Shown: positions 23,875 to 38,862 of the stretch, one piece after another
Layout: each line of letters begins with the position of its first letter
Position numbering within the stretch: position 1 is the first letter of the stretch
Assembly (NCBI RefSeq): GCF_006345805.1
Contig: NC_043000.1
Coordinates: 43,772,001-43,836,000 of the forward strand
Direction of reading: 5' to 3'
DNA: 64,000 nucleotides
DNA from: Octopus sinensis
Taxonomy: Eukaryota
Notes under the pieces: model-generated
Told to the model about the DNA's origin: nothing
The model's database searches: none
Seen by the model: only the letters and a program-made list of their open reading frames with translations
Position numbers and translations under genes: made by a program

Positions 23875-26046
23875 GCATAAATACATACACACATACATAA
23901 ATACAAATATGTATATATATCCTATTATGCCGTGCAATAATAGCCTATATGTACATGAAAGAAATCTTTGTGACTGTTTTACGGATTTCTTTGCAAAGTT
24001 AATCTATTAAACAAAACATGCAACAAATGATATAATATTAATTTGATACTTTATGTACATTCAATTGACTTAATGTAGTATGTATTTAATTAAATTCACA
24101 GCTTTATATGTGCATTAGTTCATTAACCTATAAGTACATCTATATATTAGGAAAATAAATACTATAATATATACATCAAACCAATTTCATAGTACATTAA
24201 AACGATATTATATATAATCAAATTAATAGAAATTTTTAAAAATAGTCATTGAATTAAATGTATATCTTCACAAACATCTCAGTGATCTAGAAATGGAAGA
24301 TTTAGTAAAACTGACTTTCAGTAAAACATAATAATTGCCTGACAGTAATCTTTTTCATTATGTTCCCTTGGTCTCTGTACATCTCTCATACGTATTCCAA
24401 AGGCTAGCCGCTGACTGTCCTCTGTACTCCAGAAAAGATACCACACCTGCCATTTCCCTAATATCCTCATCACAGATGTTATGTCCTCAGTCTGTCCAGC
24501 ACACATTACAATGCATTATGGGCTGAATATAAACAGTTCAGAACAACGTACGTTGCTCACTTAGGTTACTGAAAGACACATGGACATTGCATTAAGTTAT
24601 TAATTGCATTTTCTTCTAACGAGTGAAAATGTCCCCCGTTTCGGAAATGTATTGCCTAAATAGTGCTGCAAGCATCAAATATTCCAACAGGTGTCTACAT
24701 TTTGTAATGTAAAAGAAGTTGCAGTTACAGTAGAGTTAGCCTACTCTGAAAGATATGTCTAAGGTCGATGGAGAGTCCCTTCATATCCAGTTATTGGATG
24801 GACGGTGACACTACTTAGTTAACTTTTGACAAGGGATTATCTTTAATTTGCAGGATTTCAAACAAGAAGCTACCGTCTTTTGTAAACAGGCTTATTAGTA
24901 TGTCTGTTTAGGAACCGAGAACCGATCATGTGACAGGTTGTTTTATGTTACTGAGTTCCTGATCCTTTTCCTCAGACATTCAGCAAAATCTCCAATGAAA
25001 GTAAATTTGTTTCAATATGAACATTTCCAAATTGAAGACAAATTCTAACGTTACTCTACCAAAACTATAGTAGTTGAAACCTAGTCTATGTCACATTTCT
25101 TGTAATAAATAACTGAAAAGGCAATAATGCAATAAAATTACTTTAAAAGAGTTGTAATGGCACGTCTAAACAATGTTTTATCACTCAGAACTGTTCAATG
25201 CTGAGCCACAATCAAAGTTAATACTGCTTATGAAAAGAAGAAATTATAATGGTATTGTGTTGGGTATGGCTACCATTTTGAAAGCTGATTCATTACAATT
25301 CCAGTACATGAATATCCACGTTCTTATTCCCAGTTAACATTATTGGTGGCTTTAGTTAAACACATGGCGAATGATCGCTACCTAATGTAAGAATGGTTTT
25401 GTCGTAATAACAGCTGAATTAAGAGTGCAATATTTTCCAACTCAATACCTCATCCATCTTGCACATTTATTATAATATCCCATGGTACAAATTCTTTGCG
25501 TATCATCTTCATCAAATTCTTCATTTAGAAACTAGTGTTTTATTATAACTATATTTTTACATTGTAATTTAGGGAACGAATCTTACCTGGGATATTCTTT
25601 GTTATAATATGCTGCCAATTCCTTTTCATATTGCTGCTTGGGCCCTGTATTGCCATATGCGTATCCATGTATACTTAGTTAAGTCGGTCTTTGAATAGCA
25701 GTCAAACATTCCAATTAGGAAGATCAAATAACATTTAAGAAATGTTTTTCCACTCCATTTTCCAACACGCTTAAATAACAGAAAACATCAGCTTGTAAGT
25801 TTGCGTACAAATAAGACTTTCATTTTTCACACTATTTCAATAACGTGCGTTACTTTGATATACTCAAGCAAAAACAGTATATCCCCTTATTTCAATAGGT
25901 CCAATATACGATGCGATAAACTATTATGGGATAACTTATACAAATTTAATTGCAACATATCTCTAGTATGTATCCATACATCCTTCTATCTATCTATCTA
26001 TCTGCCTGCCTGTCTGTTTCTGTCTCCCTCTCTCTTTATACATACA

Positions 26047-26112
<66 letters not shown>

Positions 26113-28428
26113 TGTAAATATATATATATATGTATGGTACTTTTTCGGTAATATGTAGAATAACGAAAGTATTAATGAGTGTAAAGATTTATTACGGAAA
26201 TAGTTCCACTTACATGCCATGTATTAGATGGACAATTGGTACAGCCAGTAATTAGTCTGGCATATAAATGAAATTTGTGTGTACGAACTTATATGCCTGA
26301 TTCTGACACACAGTACTATTGTGTAGACCCTCAGAAGCATAATATAACAGAACTAAATTACAGCTTAAATTTTATGTCGAATTCCACTGGAGATTAAGAT
26401 ATATTTTTCACTATTGACATTTCATATTTAAGAAACTGCTTCGAACTAAACAAATTCTCGATTCTTATGGCTTTTCAAATTATAAATATTAGATTCCTCA
26501 TAATCAGATTCATGCTTTTTTATTGTGGTCGACACACAGTTCATCCATTTATAACCACAATTTAACTGCATTATTCCAATCATGTCTCAGCTTTATCAAC
26601 AACTATACCACTATATCACTGACCCTGCAATTATATTCAATGGTGGATACTTCATTGGTGTTGGCTATCTAAAATGTACAACTGTTGAGTTGTCATTGCA
26701 ATCTTCACTGAGATGAGTCAATATAATCACTATCGTGTTCAATCATTTTATCAGACAGAAGTGTTTCATTGCAACCAATTAGTTACATATTTCATTCTTT
26801 ATAACTTTTTCATAAACATTTAAAATATTTTTGAGCTATTTATATATATTTTGATATTACATATATGTCAATATTCAAAAGTGATGTTTCTAATCTTCCC
26901 ACTACACTATATATATTTCGGTTTTAATTTTCGATCGATTTTTTGGAAAACTACTCACACACTGGGAAATTTTCTCTCATAAACACAGAAATATAAAATA
27001 AAATATATTGCATAATCAAGTAGAAAAAAGCAATCGATGAGTGGCAATTATGTTCGTGAATTTTTATACAAAACACATTGATGCAAAATATCGTTATATA
27101 TCTAGACGAACGTCGGTCTGCATCATAGTTTTTAGTGGAAATTCACGCCTACTGGTGTGATTCTTAAGTATTTCTATCGAAGCATTTAAAATAGACTCTG
27201 TATGTGTTAATAGACTTCGATGTCATTAAGAATATACTTCTTCAAAATCTTCTGTTCATTTCAAATATGAGGAGAAACTAAAGCGATTTGATCAGTACCT
27301 GACAGTCTTTATGTAATCTAGCCCGAACTCTAATGTACTTTGATTAATGTTCATATATAACAATATCCATATGATAATTAGAAATACGAAGAAAACAATA
27401 AAATTATTTAGTCAGTAAATATAGAATTATGTGTTCAACCACGCGAACTTAGTCTTATCAGACGAAACGATATCATTGCTAAACCCAACCCAAACACTCA
27501 TTGAGCAAGTTTATGATTAACAATATCCCAGACCTGATATTTAGGCTGAGCTATGCTGTAGAATGTGTTATGTTCCTATATCAGTACATTTTTAGTTCTG
27601 CATTAGTTATTAGATTGTGATCCAACACCAGATGAAAGTCAGTAGTATAAATATCAACGGACATATGCATTAATTTCATTTGCTTTTTGGTTCAAATTTT
27701 AAACTGGGTCAAATTTTAAGTATTAGCAGTAATAAAATATTCTGCAAATTACATTTATCAAATAGATTCCCCGATATGTCTTTTTTATATATTTCACTTA
27801 AAAAATTTTAACTTAGTTCATTTTGCACACACAAGAGTTAAATCTGAAATTACCTCAGTGAAACTGAACATAGCAAAATGGCTCCGATAATATTTTTGCT
27901 GATAACGCAATTAATTCAAGGCAGAACGTCTGTAAATTTTAGGGAGGCCTCTTTGCGGTAATGGCATGCTAATCATTATGCAAACAACATAATAATCTCA
28001 GTAATATCTCGGTGGTAATTATCAATTGCAATATCTACGTGACGTGTTAAGTTACACTGAAAGTACTTATAGAATACATACAACTTAACATATTTCAGTA
28101 TAACTGTCGACCATTGCCATCATCTGGAAACGAAAGTCAATTTTAAAAAAAAACATGTATATAAAAGGATATTGTATAAGAAAAAGTTACCTAATGGAAA
28201 TAAATTTAGCATTGGGTGAAAAGTTATTTAAGTTCAGTATGCTCCTGCTCCTATGTAAGTGTTTAAGTATAATATTTATATCCTACATTCAACAAACAAA
28301 AATACGTATAAAGCATGCATGCTAATACATATACGTGTGTGTGTGAGTGTATGTATTTATTTATTTAAGCGGGTATGTATATATATATACACACACACAC
28401 TTGCATGTATACATTTATATACATATAT

Positions 28429-28470
<42 letters not shown>

Positions 28471-28642
28471 TATATATTATATATATATATATTATATATA
28501 TATATATATAGATACATATAGGAAAAAAGCAACAAGAATGGATGAATATATCGGTACAATTGTTTCGTACATATATATATATATGTATATATACATACAT
28601 ATATATACGTACATATACATATATATATATACACATATATAT

Positions 28643-28727
<85 letters not shown>

Positions 28728-29266
28728 GTGTGTGTGCCCGTGTAATAGTTTATGTTTGTTTTTTCGCCATACATTTAAAATGTGCTTGAAGCCTAAGTGT
28801 TTCGTTCATAACACTTATCACTTATTGAAAAAAGTGAAGCATGAAACTACTACTATCGCTTTAGTAAAATTCGTGAAATCAAATACACACACACACGCAC
28901 ATAAACACACGAACAGGCACAGACACGCACACATATATGCTTATACACGTATGAGTGTATCTCTGTAAGAGTACGTTGTAGTGTGTAGGTGTGATTAACT
29001 TGCAATCATAACGCCGTTCTCATTTCCTTGTCTGAGCTGTGAATTATCTTTCTGAATATGGTGCCTCATGACATGGTGAAAATATGCACTAGCAAGCAAA
29101 TCTTGCACCGTTATTTACCAATTTATAGCCGTCATACCGTGGATGCAGCTCTGTAGCAAAATGTGAATGAATCGAAAAGTTGTCAATATTTGCTCGTATC
29201 AACTTAAGCACCTAAAAATATTAGCAAGCGTAAGGTAAAATTTGCAAAACCAAACTCGTACAACGA

Positions 29267-29302
<36 letters not shown>

Positions 29303-31049
29303 GCGTGTGTGTGTGCGCGCGTTTGTGAGTCTATATATGTATATGCATATATGCATGTAAATGCATCTATACGTATATACAGAATGTAAGAGATAGAGTT
29401 AGGTAATCACATATATATATATATTTATAATATATTATATTATATTATATATATATAAACACACACACATATATAAAAATATATATACACATACACACAC
29501 ATAGTGTGTGAGAGAGAAACAGACAGTCAGAGGTATAGAGACAGAGATTCAACAGATGAGATCCGGGGATACTGAATTTATAAAACACTTAGTAGGTCTT
29601 GAATGATTAGGAATTTACACTCCGAAACCTTTACCGAAGAATAAGCTCGCGAGGTAAAGAGTGGCTATAATAGGAATGCGCATGAGCAGATCTGGAGAAA
29701 ATTATGGAAATTAACAAATAAAACTGTTTGAGTTATATATATAAAATATACATGCATAAATGTAAACTGAGAGAAAGAAAGAATGAAAATATTCAGATGA
29801 ACATTCACGTATAAGTATATAGATATTGACGCGAAATCGTCTTAGCCAGCTGGCTAGCGACACATGATCTGTGTCCGTATTTCTCGCTCACAAATTTAAG
29901 ACTAGTTGTTTTTCTTTATTTGCATATAACTGTTGTAATTGAATGCCACAGAGCTAACTTCGTGAATGCCATATTTTGTCACCGGGTGAGATGAGCACTT
30001 CCACAAACCAAATGTCAGCTTAAAATATATTGAAGCCATGTCTATCCATCAACCCTTCCTTATAAGGAGAGTTTTCGGTAATATTCAGACTAGGGTATCC
30101 AAATTTCCTGCTAGCGAGGAATTATTTCCTCTTCATGAACCCTATATTAGAGTGACACTCTAGCTAGGGCCGGATAGCAGGTACTGATTAAGTCCATACA
30201 ACCAAAACACAACACACATAAATGACCCAAGCGACACGTACAGCAATACACAAACCGCTAGCACACACACCTACGGAAATTACATCAGCCCAAAACACAC
30301 CCACGGACGTATAACATCAAACCATATAAATAACCGACATAAAAAAACCGTCTAAGCCAAAAAAACAGAAACAAAAATCTCCATCTAAATAGAACACTTG
30401 ACAAAATAGATGGCACTAAACAAACACAACACACTGTGAGTAATAAACCCATCACCATATACAAAAGTACACAGTAATTTGCTATAACCCAATCCACACA
30501 TCAAATGTTTCTTCAAAGATTGCTAGACAGTTCTATGCAGCAATGGGCGATGACGGTGTCAGACACAATAATCAGCAACTTGGTGCAGCATATGCAGCGA
30601 ATCGATCACAGGAAACTAAACAAGGGTTCGAACAACACGCCCCGGAGAATTCTTAACTAATGAATCTGTATACAATTTTCACTAGAACGCCCCCCAGTAA
30701 CGGAGAAGCATAAGAATCAATAGCGCGGACCAATCCGGTAATACTAACAACTAAATCCTAAGTAACCCAGATAAGCCTGCATAATAACATAGTGAACACG
30801 AACTGACATGTAACGAGAATTATGAGTCCAACAGAGTACAATCGTCGATCACTAAGAACAACTAGCAATAGATGTTCATGTAGGGACATATTAAGATGCC
30901 CACATGATAATCTCTGCACATTTCGCAACCTCGTATATAAATGCAGAGTGCACACAAACGTGGCCCGTATGTGTACACAGGTGTCACCACCGATTAATTC
31001 AAGAATCAACACCGCAACCACATCCCAAGGAAACACATATATATATGCC

Positions 31050-32450
31050 TTTTTTGTGAGGAACATATCTGGCCTGTTATATTCACATTTGATAGAGGTT
31101 TTCATGGAAATATTCCTTGAGTTTGTGTTTATGAATGTTATCCATAACAAAGGGGTTTTCTACATTTATTTCAGGAGATTCTTTTTTGGGGGATGGCATT
31201 GTAAACTGTTTTAGCGTGTCGTATAGGGAGGTAGTACCGTGACGACATTTTAGGGCAGCTCCTAATCACATGCGTGATGTCTTCCAGAGAAACATGACAC
31301 AAGCGGTTGCATCTTGAGATTATAAACATGTCACTGTCTCTCTTGTTCACCAGGTACTTTCTGGCAATCTCGTGTTCCTGAATTGGAAACGCATAACGTT
31401 CAAAGTGTGATGTGATGTAGTGGTCTTGTATCCAAGAGAGACTGCGCTTCGTGTCTTTTCTACTGTCTTCTTTAATCCTCCGGGCAACATAGCCATGTAT
31501 AGTCTTTATGTATGCTGAATGCTTTCCATCCAGGTCTTCTCTAAGTTCAACTCTTTTGGGGCTGTCTAAGAGATCGATCATAAGTTATCAACACTGCATA
31601 TATATATATTTATTTTTGTTGCGGTTGTTTAGCAAGTGCTGCTGTAGTGATACCATATGGTAACCGAAGGCCGTCTCCACTTATCTCATGCCTCAACCAC
31701 CTTCATTTCCTTTTAGGTAGAGCTTGTCAACATTACTGTTCTTGTGGATGTTCCAAGTTGTTGTCAGGATTTTACGGGTTATGATATCTATGGAATTGAT
31801 TTCTTCTACAGACCAATCAGGTATCCCAACTTTTGAGATCAGCACTGGTACTGCTAATGCATTGTGCGAACATTTTGTGTTGTAAGAGGAGAGTCCCGAC
31901 TCCAATACTTTCCAAAGTCGGGTGTATTATTCCCAGGGCACTCTATCTTTATTCACTGTGCTTTCATATAATACCTTTTCATCTATGCCTAGGTACGTGT
32001 AACATTCTTTGAGTGGAATGTTGGACATAGAGAGACCGTTGAGGCAGAGGTTTTGGGTTTGGCGACTGACTCTCCTCGTCCTATAAACAAATAAGAACAT
32101 TTATTTTCGCCAAATTCCATACTTCTATCAACTGAAATCGTTGTTATTAATTCCAGTTTTTCGGCATTGTTAACGCTTTTAGCATAAATCTTCTTCATGT
32201 AGTCTACAAAGAAATTATAAGTTACATTGATATTTCTAGCAGTTGATGATCCTAGCATGTAACCATTTGTTTTCTGCAGTAGGAACGATAATGGATTCAG
32301 AGACAAAATGAAAAGAAGTACATAATATTCCCTTTGAAATGCCTATACAAGGGTAAGAATTGTTGTCCATATCTTTGTGAGTCTCTTTGTAGCAGCAATT
32401 AAGGTAGTAGGTTCTTTTGCCACATGTATGCACTTCAATAACCACGAATG
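31050..32450 (-). mobile_element. R4/Dong-like (restriction-like endonuclease) non-LTR retrotransposon, degraded RT to zinc finger/RLE
   Basis: MSLNPLSFLL..YNFFVDYMK..MEFGENKC (RT). HNALAVPVL..DWSVEEINSIDIITRKIL..VDKLYL..GG. SHFERYAFPIQEHEI..CNRLCHVSLEDITHVIRSCPKMSSRYYLPIRH (CCHC). YNRPD (start of RLE). Confidence 0.9.
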
Positions 32451-32563
32451 AGGGATATATTCGAGTGCCTTCCTATTGTCAAGACAAACTGTCACATGTA
32501 TACATGTATGTATGTACATATATATATGTATGCATATATATATAATATATATATATATATATT

Positions 32564-32611
<48 letters not shown>

Positions 32612-33669
32612 CATACATACATATATATATTTATATATAGGTTCAGCAAAATTTAGATTCAGATGAATATGGTACTTAAGTTCAAGGCACCAGAATTTGG
32701 TACGGTATTATCCATATAAATGAAATGGTGTGATTATAATCAAGATAAGCAACAAGGATATTCAAGGTAGTGTACTACAATCATTTCATACTACTTCATT
32801 TTATTAAACAATGTAAGTATTACATCAGTTTAAAATGTAGAGCAATATTCAGCCACACATAGAATTTTTAAAATTAAATGGACAATGTACATTTTTATAC
32901 TTATTTCACTTGCCAACATTACAAAGAGTGTAGATATATAGACAGAGAGGTTGATTTCATCATTAAGAACATAGTAGTAGAAGATCGTTCTCCATCTGTA
33001 GATTTTTTTATCACTGAGTTAACGTTGTTATTTAGATTTATAAATGGGGAGGGTGTATTTTATTTTGTTCAATGGAGACAAACAAGAATCTTTTCTATTT
33101 ATAGATAGAGGAAGTGGCAGTTCAAATGTCAAAGCCATAAATGTATCCCACTCTGAGGAATTCAACTGAGGCATGTTTGTATATATTTTAGCTAAAGTTA
33201 GTAGGCTGAAGCTCTTCGAGTAGGGAGAATAGAGACTACTAATGCTCTGGAGATTTCTAATGTTCTTTACCCTTTAACAGCCATAATTCTGCTTGTGAAT
33301 TTTGAATAAATATCCTTTAGATAGCTTTTTCCAAAGTATTTCAATAAATTTTAGTATCTTTTACACGGATAGAAAATATAGAAATCATTTTATATTTATA
33401 TAAATATATATATATATATATATAATTATATTTATATAAATTCATAGTTAGTAAATAGTGATTTATCTTATTAATGAGTTAAATTAAAAGAATATGCTAG
33501 ACATAATATTTATTAACTGTAAAAATAAACCTTATCAATTAGCACATATTAAAATGTAATGGAAGGGAGGTAATCAATATTATTATCATTTATATTATTG
33601 GTATTATTATTATTATTATTGTTTATATTAATGCTATTATTAAAGGAGTATAGCGACAACCAGGTGCAA

Positions 33670-34130
33670 ATAATAGCGACAAATGTCCCGTGCTTACCGT
33701 GAAACGCGGCGGCAGAAATATTATAATTTGTGGATGCAATGGATTCAAGGTTTTATTTTGACATATTGCATGAAACAATGTTGAAACGCATCAAAGAACT
33801 AGGAAGACATCCCGAGTTCCATCATGATGATGACCTTAAATACACTTCAAATTTGATGACTAAGTGCTTAATTATATTAAAATGTCATTGTATTGCCCTG
33901 GCCTATATTGTTACCTGATTTAAACCCAATAGAAAACTTGTGGGATTTTTTGAAAGGACATGTTCAGGAGAAAAATAACTCACAATGGCACACAATTGAA
34001 AGACATCATTCTGAATGAATGGCGGTCGATTTTATCGGTTACTTGCGGAAATTTAGTCGACTCTATGCTTAAAATACTCTCAGCTATTGAAAGGAAGTGC
34101 TGTCAGACCAAATATAGAATATATCAAATA
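33670..34130 (+). mobile_element. Tc1-like transposase 3' fragment
   Basis: TVKRGGRN.., ..YFDILHETML..FHHDDDLKYTS.. and PDLNPIENLWDFLK (DD34E third-motif region). Confidence 0.85.
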
Positions 34131-34569
34131 GTACGCTAGGGAGTAGATATCTTTGTATTGTTTGAAAATTAATATTTCGTTCATATATATGAAAATGTCT
34201 AATTTTGTGTTCCAAATTTGTATAATGTTTGCTTGTATGATATATCTTTATTCAGTATACATTTTGTTTTATTTCCTTCCATATTATCAAAGTAATTTTA
34301 CTGAACTGTTATAGGGTGTACAATCTTCTGTGAGATACCGTATGTATACACATGCATACGCGCAGACATCACTCATCCTGTCGATCCTCACCTTCTCCTA
34401 TATAGACACATACATGTATCCACTCACATACACACGTACACATTCTCACTTTTATGCTCACCCCTACCATTTGGATTATGTACATAGACGCATCCAACAA
34501 AATTTACACATTCACCGATACACACACATATGAGTCCACGCATGCACATGTGAGCATTATATATACAGA

Positions 34570-34610
<41 letters not shown>

Positions 34611-34736
34611 TATATATATATTATATATATATATATAAATAGCAAGAAGAAATAGCTATAACTCTTTGACTGCTATTTCTAAATTCTGTATGTGGTAAGG
34701 CAATTCGTTGCTAAACCCTTTATTGCTTAGTATTGC

Positions 34737-34798
<62 letters not shown>

Positions 34799-35517
34799 CA
34801 TACATACATACACACACACATACATACATACATACGTACATACATACATACATACATATACATATATCCAGTTAAATGAAGAAAAGAAATTGGAGATATG
34901 AAGTTAATAATTAGTACTTATTAACAAATTGGTCATCTTTACTTCTTGCAGCTGTATTAATTAATACTCAATAATTTAATTACAAATGTATTTGCATTTA
35001 TGTGACGTGAGCATAATTTCACCAGAGATAAAGATGTATCTTGAGATGTTATATGCGGACATATTCATTCATTTCAGCAGACTATAACATCTCATAGCGC
35101 ATCATTTTCTCTGATGAAATTTTGCTTAGGTCACATAAATACTAATTTAATATACACATTTGTAATTAAATAATTGAGTATTAACTGAAACAGCTGTAAG
35201 AAGTAAGGATGAACAATTTGTCAATAACAAATAATTGTTAACTTCCTACTTTCCATTTTCTTTATTTAACTGGATATATACTATATACGTAATATAAACT
35301 TGTTGCTATATGAGAATTTCGATCCCCACAAGTATTGAATATACCAGGTATTGAACCAGTAGTTCCTTGGATGTTCCATCCTTTTACGAGGTTAACATAT
35401 CCTCTAAATAATTTTACACACACACAAGCACAGATGCACGCACGCACACACAAATATATGTGTATATGTTTGTGTGGATATAAGTTATTCGTTCCTAGGG
35501 ATATATATAATATATAT

Positions 35518-35608
<91 letters not shown>

Positions 35609-35857
35609 TATATATATATATATGTATTAACAGAAAGCGATAAAAATCCAAGGTTGTGAATAGTTTTCAGAATATTTATAAAGAGGTCTTGCAGCTGTTT
35701 CCGGGATATTTTATATATCCCTTCATCAGAGACAGTGCGAGAAAATGTTTAAGTAACAGTTATAATAGAGAAGGTATGAAATACAGAGTGAAGGGGAGGA
35801 ATGAAAACAGACGTGAGATACATATATATACATATATATATATCTATATGTGTGTGT

Positions 35858-35955
35858 GGAGGCGCAGTGGTTAGGGTAAAGGACTCACGGTCGTAGGATC
35901 GCGGTTTCGATTCTCACACCGGGCGTTGTTAGTATTTAATGAGCGAAATCGCTTA
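35858..35955 (+). mobile_element. tRNA-like SINE head, truncated
   Basis: A-box-like CAGTGGTTAGG and B-box GTTTCGATTC with tRNA spacing. Confidence 0.65.
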
Positions 35956-37199
35956 TATGTGTGTGTATATATATATATATATGCATATACATTTCTGAAT
36001 TTGTTTTGCAAGAGCTGTGATGTAAACTGGTATATTGAAACCTATATTTTTATAATACGGGATGGTCATTTTTCTTCTTGCCAAGGAAACACATGTAATG
36101 CACATTCGTTTTTCACTCGTTTATTATTGTTCTTATTCCATCTTGCGTTCAATGTCTGCAAGTCTTTTCTCACACATCTATAAGCTCTTCAGCGATTTTT
36201 CCATTCACATGTTTTCTCCTGTTCTGTTTATGCATTGAATTATACTTTCAGGCCCAGAGAAGTCTGAAATAGCCAAAGGACATCATTGCTGACATTGAAC
36301 TGTACAAATATTTGCTTATCTTTAGTAAATAGAAAAAAAGATTGTGATTTAAATTATACTGAATAAAAATTTAGAGGTAAATAAACCGATCTGGTACTTA
36401 TTTTTAAGTACAGTATTACTTTCCCATGAAATCCTTTCTTTTAAATGCACGTAGCCTGAAATTTTAAGGTGGGCAAGTTGACTTTATCGAACACAGTGTT
36501 TAAATGGTACTTATTTTATCGACAAGAAAGGATAAGCGGCAAAGATCTCGCATCACTATGAATGCGAACGAATCGACAGACGAAATGCAGCAAAGCTTTT
36601 TGCCAAGCGTGCTTACGAACTTGCAAGCTTCCCGCCTTATATTTCTTTAAATATATTGGTCAGTTATATTTCGTGGTTAATGATTTATGTAGCGATTTCT
36701 TGCTGTGTTCAATCTGTTTTCTCATTTGTTATTCTCTTCTTATTTGTTAACCACACTGAATTGAAATAATTTTTAAAAGTCGCTTATAGATATATATTTT
36801 ATTGCGAAAGAGAGAAAAGTATTAAGAAGTAATAAATTCACCATAAAAACCATACTTATATTTAATAAAGTACACATTCCATGACGATAATTTTATGCGA
36901 TGGAAACAAATTTAATACCTTCATGCGTGTATACATGTTTCAAAATGTCAATATTTGAATCTCACAATAACGTGTAACGATTCGTAAGGTCAAGTAAATG
37001 AAAATTACATTGGTATTATGGTTAGGGTTAGGGTTATTGAGGCGTGAGTCATGGTCGTGCTGCGTATAAGCGACAATTCATTAAATGCTTAAGTTTGATT
37101 CTGCTTCACTTATATTGCGATACATTCATATGCTTATTATACAAGGAAGTGTATAATATGGTTGCATCATAATTGATTTATTTGCCTGAAATAGTGAAA

Positions 37200-37615
37200 G
37201 TGCGTTGTTTAGTGGTTATGGTACTCTTCTCACACTTGTGAGTTCTATTCCTGGCGGCGCGTAGTGTCACAGAGAATTACACTCAATTTGATGTTGCCTG
37301 TCCACTCAGCTGTAAAAGATGAGTACCATTTGTATTTCAAAGGGCCATTCTGTGTCACCCTGAATCTACTAACAGTGACTTGATTGTGTCCCTGAGTATG
37401 AGACTCTATTTCATGTTGCCCTTGTCCCACTCAGCTCTTAAATATGGGTAGTACTTGTATTTCAAAGGGACATCCATTTCACATGCTATGTGCGGCTGTA
37501 TCTATTTCCGTTGTCTTGATGTGCCCCTGTGTATGAACTGTCATATCACGTAGCTCCTGTCCACTCTGCGTCACACTGAGTCTCCCTGAGAACAAAGTTG
37601 ACGGTGCTTGTGTTC
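37200..37615 (+). mobile_element. Tandem degenerate CORE-type SINE fragments
   Basis: CCACTCAGCT..GAGTAC/GTAGTAC..TGTATTTCAAAGGG recurs at ~37300 and ~37425. TGTGTCCCTGAG resembles the CORE motif. Confidence 0.55.
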
Positions 37616-38522
37616 ATTTTTATTTGCGTGAAATTATTACTTAATAATCTTATCACAATCAAAGCAGTATGCACTTAGCAATATTTCCTCAGTTATTTCA
37701 ATATGGAAAAATTTACATGTTTCCAAATTATTAAAATAAATTATTTAGTAATTAATCATGATTTTTAATGTGTGAATGGTGTTTAACAAAAGAATTATTC
37801 ACATATTGAGCTATATATAATTATAAAATTAATAATACTGATTTTTACAATTCTAAACATATTAGATTTTTCTTTTCATATATAGTACAAATAAGTGTAT
37901 AAATGAAAATACCATAAGCCTCCTCTATCGTGGTTAAGCTTATTAATGAGATAATTTAGTATACTATATTCTTCAAACAGGATAATTATAATTGGTCGAT
38001 AATTTCATGCTTACCTACAGCACAACGAATGCTGCATTTAAATTAGCGTTTTCTATTAAAACAAGAACATAAATGCATAAATATTACAACCGTAAATATA
38101 TAGAGAGAGGCAGATGAACCTGCTGATTCAAAAATACACAAACATCCTCACTATATATGATCATGCAGTGAAATATTTATTTATACAAGCAAACACGGAA
38201 ACATACACCCACACTAATATTTAGATAAAATGTATATATTTATTCATTTGTGAGAGTACGTATGTGTTTGTTTTTATTTAGCAGAAACTTTTATATGGGG
38301 GCTGTATGAAAATGTTTGATATCGGAACTTTTGAATAGCAACAACAACAGATACATATAAATAAATAAATATATATGGGCATATATATATATATATATTT
38401 GATAAATAAAGATCAAGAAATAATTACGTATTTAAATAAGTTGTGAACGAATATATACATTTAGAGAATAAACTATTTACAGAAAAGCATATACATATAT
38501 ATATATATATATATACATGCAA

Positions 38523-38570
<48 letters not shown>

Positions 38571-38659
38571 CGCTAGAATTGGCTAATAGGAATTGTGAAT
38601 GGATTGAGTATTTGTGTTCAAACGTGTATAAATATGTATATATATATCATGCTGGCATA

Positions 38660-38862
38660 ATACTTTCTATTAGAAGCACAATGCCACAAATTTGGGGAGA
38701 GCGGTAATTCGATAACATCGACCCCAGTAGTCGGCTAGTAATTAATTTATCGACACCGAAAGGACGAAAGCCAAATCGATCTCGGCGGTATTTGAACTCA
38801 GAGCGTAAAGACGAAAGACCGTTAAACATTTCGTCCGGCATGCTAATGATTCTGCCAGATCG
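38660..38862 (-). mobile_element. SINE family B
   Basis: ATTTATCGACACCGAAAGGACGAAAG..GGCGGTATTTGAACTCAG..GCTAATGATTCTGCCAG. Homologous to 52645-52862. Confidence 0.85.

Noticed and set aside
28259-28789. Long YI/HT/CV-rich ORFs here and at 1.8, 12.3, 23.5, 34.4, 35.3, 48.8 and 53.3 kb
   Set aside because: They are translations of (TA)n/(CA)n microsatellites, which lack stop codons in some frames.
32860-33010. Hydrophobic minus frame RWRTIFYYYVLNDEINLSVYISTLFVMLA, suggestive of a GPCR or Cys-loop TM segment
   Set aside because: It is bounded by stops, has a weak donor, lacks diagnostic motifs (DRY, Cys-loop) and has no compatible neighbouring exons. AT-rich DNA readily gives such peptides.
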